UHGV virus genome: UHGV-1351982
Direction: 5' to 3' (one strand)
DNA from: a virus
Length of the DNA: 64,000 nucleotides
The translations under genes were made by a program, and so were the position numbers. Of this stretch, positions 57,709 through 64,000 are shown piece by piece. Below the pieces are notes generated by a model. That model searched no databases. It was not told the DNA's origin and saw only the letters and a program-made list of their open reading frames with translations. The number at the start of each line of letters is the position of its first letter. Position 1 is the stretch's first letter.

Positions 57709-60558
57709 TTAAATAGATGCCCAATCCACAGATTGCTCGCCATTATCACCTTCTGCTCTTATACGGAAGCGTAACTTCCTATTAATACCTAGAGCATCCT
57801 CGTTATGAAGAGCATAGTCTGCCTTATTGTATATCAGTAGATAATCGTAGACATACTGATCTTCAATTCGTACACTTCTTAATAAACGATCTAGGTTATC
57901 GTAGATTTCGAGAGTGTAGAAGATTCCATCAATGATATCTTCTTCTGGAATTCTATCCCAGGCCAACTTAACGTCTGGTCCTACAAACTCCGATGCATCT
58001 CCTGAAGCTGTGTTAGTAACCCTGAAATTACTAACGATGCTTAAGTTTTTAGCAGAGTTAAGTTCTACCGATAATGTTACAGGAGAACTTCGTCTACCAT
58101 TAATATCTACAGCTCTAATCTCAAAGACTGCTAAACCAGCAGGTTCTCCAATAATTTCTTGGATCATTCGTAGATTTGGATTAGTTTCTAGTTGCTGTAT
58201 GATATAAGGATCAGCATGCCCTGAATGAACGATGGAGTAATAAACAACGTTATTAGTTAAGCTAGGAAGCCAAGATAACTCACCATTCTTACCAATAGAT
58301 CCTACTTGTCCACCCGGTGTTGGTGTGTACATAAAGTCTCTAGGAGGCAGTACGTTATTACTAACATCAGGGATATCGTTACCACTATTATCAACCTGCT
58401 CGGAGTTAATGAATACATCCTCACCATACTCTTGCAGTGTAATATTAATCTTACCTTCTCTAGAGTTTTCAACTTCATCAACTAGGAAGTATTTCTTATC
58501 CCAACCATAACGACCATATGTAAAAGCAATCGGATCGTTAGGCTCAATGCCTATGAAATGATATGGTAATGAGAATGTGAGAGTTCGTGAGTAACGAGAC
58601 TTTTTCAGTTCTCTATCTGCAAAGCTACGTGCAGTATAGTAGTTAGTGATATTTGCAAAAGAAAGCTGAAGTTTTTTATCTAATCCTTTATCTTGTTCCT
58701 TAAATATAGAGTTAAAGAATGTAATGGAGTTAGTTTTCCAGCTTAATGCGGGATCTAATATAGAGGCTTGTACTGAGTTAAACTTATTTCTACCAGTAGT
58801 ATCTGATAGCTCCAGATCACCATAGGTATCTAAGAAGTCAATCTCTAATGGGGTGTTTGAGAACTTCTCAACAGTTATTCTATACTGTCCAGATAAGTTG
58901 TTGATAGCACCGCCATAAGACTCTATTAATCCCTGCACGTTTTTAAATACTGACTCAGAGGTATCGAGAATAGTATTCATTTGAACTATTTGTCTATTCT
59001 CTCCTACAGCATCAGTCCATCCAACGTATCTCCAGTAGGGTTGCCAAGAAACCTGATAGGATTCATCAATGATATCCAGGATAGCTGCTTCTTGAATAAG
59101 TTGCTGGAGAGGGAACTGATCAATAGTGATATTAGCACCATAGCGATCAGAGGTTAGGTAGTCCAGAGTTTGCCAGATACCATTTAAGCTAGTCTTGTCA
59201 GCAGTTACTCTACCATCTGAATGATAGATCTTAATCTTCTTACCCTGAACTTCAGCACTAACTTCTGGAATTTCTGTTCTGTTTTCATTAATAGTAAAGC
59301 GAACGATAGCATAAGCAGTATCTAACAGTTTATAACGAGAGTCCCAGTATTCCGGGCCATTCTCATTCATGTTCTGTAAATAGAAACCTTTCTCTTTTGC
59401 AATGTTAACTAGAACATCCGCAGCAGATTGATCTGCTTTACCATGATAAGTCCATATACGGATATCGCCATTACCATCATTATACTTATATTCCTGTCCA
59501 TGAACAGAAGGTTCAGAGCTTGGCTGGCCTGAAGCAATACGTTGCATGGTATCACCAGCTACTTTCTTAGTACCAAAGCAAGTACGAGACTTACTATCAT
59601 TAGGATCAATACAGATCATTGGTACATCACCAAAGTAGAAATCTAGGAATCCATCAATCTCACCCTCACAGAAAGCGTATACTACATATACGATATTAGG
59701 GTTATGCAGTTCAGTATCTGCGAATACTGGGATTCCAGGAATTTTCTGAACTCCGTACACTACTGGCAGGAATTTAGCAGCTAAGTTAAAATCAAGATCT
59801 ACTTCCTTAGTTACAGTCTCATAGTATTTCTTTAGGCTATAGCTTCTAGAAAGACCAAATAACTTTTTCTTAGATTGTAACTTATAACGTTCTTCCTGAA
59901 CCTGATACTTAGCAAGAATAGAGATACTCTTGTTAGCGTGGAAGAACCCGTAGTCCTCTTGATATTCAGGTCGCTTAGCACCATTAGACGGAACTAATTG
60001 TCCGGCAACAATCTCAAGCCCTCTATGGTCAGCATCATCTGTGAAACGTCCATTTACTCTATCAAAGTCATAGAATTGGTTTGAACAGTTCCATGTAATA
60101 ACGGATGTACTAACTCCCGAAGTACCAATGTTATCCTTAATACCACCACCAGTGATTTTACCACGGAAGTAAAGTAAAGGACCATTAGTGTCTGGATCTA
60201 CAGGAAGAATGTTACCTTCTTCATCAATAACCGCTTGATGGATTGAGATAGATCTATCTAGGAAGGATACACCATTTTGGACTAGTTTTAATACTTCATC
60301 CTCAGCAGTACCTGTGATAGTAAAAGAAAGGCTACCAATGGAAAGTTTTCTATTTTGTTTATGTGTTGTTATAGACTTAACTTTACCGGATGTGTAAAGA
60401 ATACCATTATAAATTACATCCCTAAAATAGTCTGTAAGATAAATGTATGCAGAACTTGATCCGGTAGAGCTTGGCAATTCAAGAGTAATAAGGCATGCAG
60501 TTTTTATTTTATTATTAGTTCTTAAATACTCTCTTGCACTGTCAAGAATTTTCTTCAT
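57709..60558 (-). CDS. baseplate hub protein, T5 pb3-like
   Basis: 949 aa structural protein between the pb9-like and pb4-like genes. Confidence 0.5.
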   Translation of the reverse strand: MKKILDSAREYLRTNNKIKTACLITLELPSSTGSSSAYIYLTDYFRDVIYNGILYTSGKVKSITTHKQNRKLSIGSLSFTITGTAEDEVLKLVQNGVSFLDRSISIHQAVIDEEGNILPVDPDTNGPLLYFRGKITGGGIKDNIGTSGVSTSVITWNCSNQFYDFDRVNGRFTDDADHRGLEIVAGQLVPSNGAKRPEYQEDYGFFHANKSISILAKYQVQEERYKLQSKKKLFGLSRSYSLKKYYETVTKEVDLDFNLAAKFLPVVYGVQKIPGIPVFADTELHNPNIVYVVYAFCEGEIDGFLDFYFGDVPMICIDPNDSKSRTCFGTKKVAGDTMQRIASGQPSSEPSVHGQEYKYNDGNGDIRIWTYHGKADQSAADVLVNIAKEKGFYLQNMNENGPEYWDSRYKLLDTAYAIVRFTINENRTEIPEVSAEVQGKKIKIYHSDGRVTADKTSLNGIWQTLDYLTSDRYGANITIDQFPLQQLIQEAAILDIIDESYQVSWQPYWRYVGWTDAVGENRQIVQMNTILDTSESVFKNVQGLIESYGGAINNLSGQYRITVEKFSNTPLEIDFLDTYGDLELSDTTGRNKFNSVQASILDPALSWKTNSITFFNSIFKEQDKGLDKKLQLSFANITNYYTARSFADRELKKSRYSRTLTFSLPYHFIGIEPNDPIAFTYGRYGWDKKYFLVDEVENSREGKINITLQEYGEDVFINSEQVDNSGNDIPDVSNNVLPPRDFMYTPTPGGQVGSIGKNGELSWLPSLTNNVVYYSIVHSGHADPYIIQQLETNPNLRMIQEIIGEPAGLAVFEIRAVDINGRRSSPVTLSVELNSAKNLSIVSNFRVTNTASGDASEFVGPDVKLAWDRIPEEDIIDGIFYTLEIYDNLDRLLRSVRIEDQYVYDYLLIYNKADYALHNEDALGINRKLRFRIRAEGDNGEQSVDWASI

Positions 60559-61169
60559 AGACTTTCCCTCAAGGAAAGTGAAATACCAGTATATGTACCA
60601 TTACTATTTAACGTAGAGCCGAAGCTGTCTCCGTTCATTAATTTAGTTCTAAATAGAATACCATTAAATACCGGTTTCTCACTACCCGTAGTAGTAATGA
60701 ATAGATCAGGGTAAACACTTATATTCCAAGTATTTCCTACTGTGTTGATAGAAGTGATTTTGTACACTTTTGGGTGGTTGGACAATTTAAATAAATCGCC
60801 TGGTTTAGGCAGTCCACGAAGTGTACCTTTAGTGTCCATAATAACTGTTGAACCTTTTTGTCCAGCAGGAATATTTACAGCACTAGTATCACCACGAACT
60901 CGGAAAGCTTCATATTGTGGTAATAACACATCAATATAGCTACCTGTTCTTTTGTAATCTAGAATGAATGAATCTAATTTAGCAAATTCATCTGGGAATA
61001 ATTCTGGATAAGAGATATTAATACCCCAATATTGAGCAGACACCTTAACCTCCCTAACTTTACCATTAGGTAATTCATCACGAATCATAGGGTCATTGTC
61101 TACTAAGTTAACGCTTTCAAAACCTAACCCTGATAGCTCTGGGTTCGTGTATGGGTCTGGTAGTCTCAT
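60555..61169 (-). CDS. distal tail protein (Dit), T5 pb9-like
   Basis: 204 aa gene immediately downstream of the tape measure gene; AAGAGGAG RBS. Confidence 0.5.
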   Translation of the reverse strand: MRLPDPYTNPELSGLGFESVNLVDNDPMIRDELPNGKVREVKVSAQYWGINISYPELFPDEFAKLDSFILDYKRTGSYIDVLLPQYEAFRVRGDTSAVNIPAGQKGSTVIMDTKGTLRGLPKPGDLFKLSNHPKVYKITSINTVGNTWNISVYPDLFITTTGSEKPVFNGILFRTKLMNGDSFGSTLNSNGTYTGISLSLRESL

Positions 61170-61195
61170 AGTTAATTTCTCCTCTTAATAACAAT

Positions 61196-61224
61196 ATTAT
61201 AATAGGATTGGAAAATTTTATCAA
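61196..61224 (-). promoter_or_regulatory. sigma70-like promoter upstream of the Dit/hub/pb4 operon
   Basis: Minus strand: ttgata, 17 nt, tataat, then AAGAGGAG RBS. Confidence 0.45.
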
Positions 61225-61244
61225 GAAATTTTTATTTTTCCATA

Positions 61245-61268
61245 AAGAAAAGGAGGACATAAAGTCCT
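61245..61268 (-). terminator. rho-independent terminator after the tape measure gene
   Basis: Hairpin ggaggac-tttat-gtcctcc with U-run on the minus transcript. Confidence 0.5.
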
Positions 61269-61277
61269 CCTCCAGTA

Positions 61278-64000
61278 TTAAGAATTACCAAGTGATTTCA
61301 GGGTGGTTCCATTCTCATTAAGAGCCTGTTCCACGGCATCCCTGAAAGCAGCACTATTGCTCGAAGCAAAATCTCGGAAGCTAGCCGCATCCATCGTACT
61401 GATGTTCAGCACAATAGGTCTACCCGATGTGCCTTTTGAAGATCCTTTGAGTTCATCAGTAGGGGTAGCCTTCATCGGAACCATAGGAGTGATTACTTCG
61501 GTACCATGCTCACCCATCTGGTAACTAACTCCAGGATACATATTACCACCTTCTGCACGAGGTACGAAAGAGTTAGCATTACCAATCCCTTGATCTCCTC
61601 GAATATAAGAAAGTTCACCTGCGTTAGCCGACATAGAAACGTCTACATTCTTCTGGCGCTCTCCAAGAGTTAAGTAACCCGCTGTCTCAGCACCAGAGTC
61701 TCCAATAGAAGACATACCAGATGCAGAGGATGCTTGAGCAAGAGCCATAGCACCTGCTAAACCAGCCGCAACCATCAGAGGAATAGAGAATGGATACGGA
61801 ACAGCTGTTGCTGCTTGCATCACCGCTACTGCCGTCTGGATAATGATTTGCTTCTTAGCTGCATCTTGCTGGATCTTGAGCTTTTCAGCCTCTAACTTCT
61901 TGATCTTAGCTTTGGATTGCTCAGATTTACCATCACGTTTCTGTTCTGCTGCAATAGCTGCATCAATAGCACTTACCTGTTGACCAACACTATACTGAAT
62001 CATTGAAGACACAGTTTGCATACCAGCCGCTACTAGAGAAGTGGTATCCAGAGATCCTTGTGAGAACTGGATCATAGCGTTAGTTAGGTTACCCATGCTT
62101 TGTGCTACAGCGGTTGCTTCGGAGTTCAGTTCAGACAGCTTAGAAATAGCCTGGTCATAGGACGCCATTCTATTCTGCATATCTGCGAAGTTTTTATCTT
62201 CTCCAGTTAATCCAGTAGTAGGAGTATACGTAGCCCCTACAGCCGCACCTACAGAAGACTGCATTTCTGCATCGCGCTGTACTCTTAAAGCTGCGAGCTG
62301 GGCTCTAGTTTCTGCTAGCTTTTTATTATACTCTAACTGAGCAGCAGCATTCCCTAAAGTTTTTTGCTTAAGGTCTTCGAATAGCTGGATTTGCTCCTTG
62401 ATACGTTCCGCAGCTCCCATTAAAGGATTTGCGGTAAATTTCCTTTGTTGCTCCTCTTCCCTGCCAGCAGCCATTTCCCTTTGCTGATCCTGACGGAATT
62501 TCCAGATTTCACGTTCAATTTGTGCCTGAGCACGTCTTGATTGTTCAGCTTCCTTATGCTTATCAACCTGTTTGGAGTACCATTCATACTTTTCTTTCTC
62601 GACAGTCAGTTCAAGGTTCAACTGAGCTAAACGATATTGAGTATCTGTCATAGTACGGTTATTCAGGAGAGCAATTTCACGATCAACACCAAGAATCTTA
62701 TCGGTATAGTCCTTAACCTTCTTCTGGGCTTCCATACCCTGGTTAGTAATCTTGATACGTTCTAACTGAATCTTAGCTATTTCACCTTCGATTGCTTTGT
62801 TACCTTTGTTAGTTTCTAGGACACGCTTAAGAGCTGCTTCCTGTTCTTCTAACTGTTGAATTTCCAAACGTCTACCAGCTTCCTGTGCTTTCTCTTTGTC
62901 CTTAGTCTGGTTATACACTTCGGCAATCTTCTGCTGAACTTCTAACTGATTCTTAGTCTCATTACCAGTTAATTTTACATAACCAGCAAGAGCTTGTGAA
63001 GCAGTCTTCATCTCACTAAGAGTATTATATCCTAAGTTCAGGCTCTTAACATACTCATCAGCATTTTTACCAGTACCAGCAGAAAGAGACTCAATAGTCT
63101 TAATCGTATCTGATAGGGATGCACTAGTTTTAGCCGCAGTATTAGTATTCTGAGCAATGTTCTGGATATCATTAGCTAAGTCGCTAGCAGTTTTCTTAGC
63201 TTGGTCATACGCTTTCTGCTGTTCTGTCAATCCTTTCAGAGTTGCAGAGTTAAAGTCATAAACCGCATCAGGATCATTCATATCCTTCTGCAGATTAATC
63301 TGCTTCTGAAATTCTGGATTAGCCTTAGCAGCCGCAGCACCCGCAGCTTGATATGCAGATTTCCATGCACCTAAATTATCGGTTGAATCAGTAACTTCCT
63401 TATCCAAACGTTCTACTTGGAGTGCCATAGCCGCAGTTTCAGCTACGAACTTCTTGTTTTCCTCAGAAGCACCAAGAGCCGCAGCACTTACCGGAACACC
63501 CTGAGCCACAGAACGAATTGCACCTGCAGTAAAGAAGTCAGCCTGTTCCATACGCTTGTCTAGATCAGCTTTTAACTTATTACGCTTTTCTAGAGATTCT
63601 TTATACATATCAAGAGCTTTATTATACCCTTCCTCAGAAGCGGAAAGACTTAAAGCTACAGCGCCAACGTTAGTTGGGTCAATCTGACGGTTAGTTTCTT
63701 CCTGTGCTCTAGCAGCAGAAGCTGAGATAGATGCTTGAGAAGTATAGAATACTGCGTTAATAGAATCAATTACCGGACCTAAATACTTAGCAGCAGCCTG
63801 TTGAACCTTTCTCAGTGCAGCATCAGCATTAGCAGCAAACTGTTCCCATGGAGTTGCGCGAAGTACATCATCTAGGTAGCCGAAACGTTTAGTAGATTCA
63901 GCGATTACTGCGTTAGCATATGCTTGTTGCTTCTGGAAAGTAGATAGACTATTAACGTTATATGTAATACCTGTGTTAGCAGCATTTAACTGTTTAACAT
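61278..64000 (-). CDS. tail tape measure protein (T5 pb2-like), C-terminal part; gene continues past the window end
   Basis: Coding frame stays open on the minus strand to the window edge; long coiled-coil Ala/Gln/Lys-rich protein with hydrophobic Gly-rich segment. Confidence 0.6.
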   Translation of the reverse strand, partial: VKQLNAANTGITYNVNSLSTFQKQQAYANAVIAESTKRFGYLDDVLRATPWEQFAANADAALRKVQQAAAKYLGPVIDSINAVFYTSQASISASAARAQEETNRQIDPTNVGAVALSLSASEEGYNKALDMYKESLEKRNKLKADLDKRMEQADFFTAGAIRSVAQGVPVSAAALGASEENKKFVAETAAMALQVERLDKEVTDSTDNLGAWKSAYQAAGAAAAKANPEFQKQINLQKDMNDPDAVYDFNSATLKGLTEQQKAYDQAKKTASDLANDIQNIAQNTNTAAKTSASLSDTIKTIESLSAGTGKNADEYVKSLNLGYNTLSEMKTASQALAGYVKLTGNETKNQLEVQQKIAEVYNQTKDKEKAQEAGRRLEIQQLEEQEAALKRVLETNKGNKAIEGEIAKIQLERIKITNQGMEAQKKVKDYTDKILGVDREIALLNNRTMTDTQYRLAQLNLELTVEKEKYEWYSKQVDKHKEAEQSRRAQAQIEREIWKFRQDQQREMAAGREEEQQRKFTANPLMGAAERIKEQIQLFEDLKQKTLGNAAAQLEYNKKLAETRAQLAALRVQRDAEMQSSVGAAVGATYTPTTGLTGEDKNFADMQNRMASYDQAISKLSELNSEATAVAQSMGNLTNAMIQFSQGSLDTTSLVAAGMQTVSSMIQYSVGQQVSAIDAAIAAEQKRDGKSEQSKAKIKKLEAEKLKIQQDAAKKQIIIQTAVAVMQAATAVPYPFSIPLMVAAGLAGAMALAQASSASGMSSIGDSGAETAGYLTLGERQKNVDVSMSANAGELSYIRGDQGIGNANSFVPRAEGGNMYPGVSYQMGEHGTEVITPMVPMKATPTDELKGSSKGTSGRPIVLNISTMDAASFRDFASSNSAAFRDAVEQALNENGTTLKSLGNS

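Overview
This window reads as a contiguous segment of a T5-like (Demerecviridae-type) lytic coliphage genome, judged from gene content and order only; no database search was run. Left third (1-26.6 kb, almost all minus strand): a tRNA cluster of about 19 tRNA genes interleaved with small ORFs and an HNH endonuclease, then early genes driven by a repeated sigma70-like promoter family (TTGCTT, 17 bp, TATAAT, invariant leader ataaatttgagagagg). These include a PnuC/NadR-like NAD salvage pair, an SPFH protein, RNase H, an HslV-like Ntn hydrolase, thymidylate synthase, DHFR, NrdB, an HNH insertion, NrdA and PhoH. Middle (27-53.7 kb, plus strand): NrdD, a SIR2-like protein, an HAD-like phosphatase, then the replication module (Walker-A helicase, split NAD-dependent ligase, DnaB-like helicase, primase, family A DNA polymerase, SF2 helicase, SSB-like protein, SbcCD-like nuclease, flap endonuclease, dUTPase). 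Right end (54-64 kb, minus strand): tail genes (fibre with C-terminal chaperone domain, pb4-, pb3-, pb9-like, and the 3' part of the tape measure gene running off the window). Notable anomalies: a 655-bp perfect direct repeat flanking a 10-N gap that duplicates the nadR-like promoter and 5' end; a plus-strand three-gene island of low-complexity proteins inside the minus-strand early region; a 1.15-kb ORF-free GC-rich transcribed region; and several atypical tRNA-like elements. All coordinates are hand-derived and may be off by a few bases; functional calls rest on motifs I could read in the translations.
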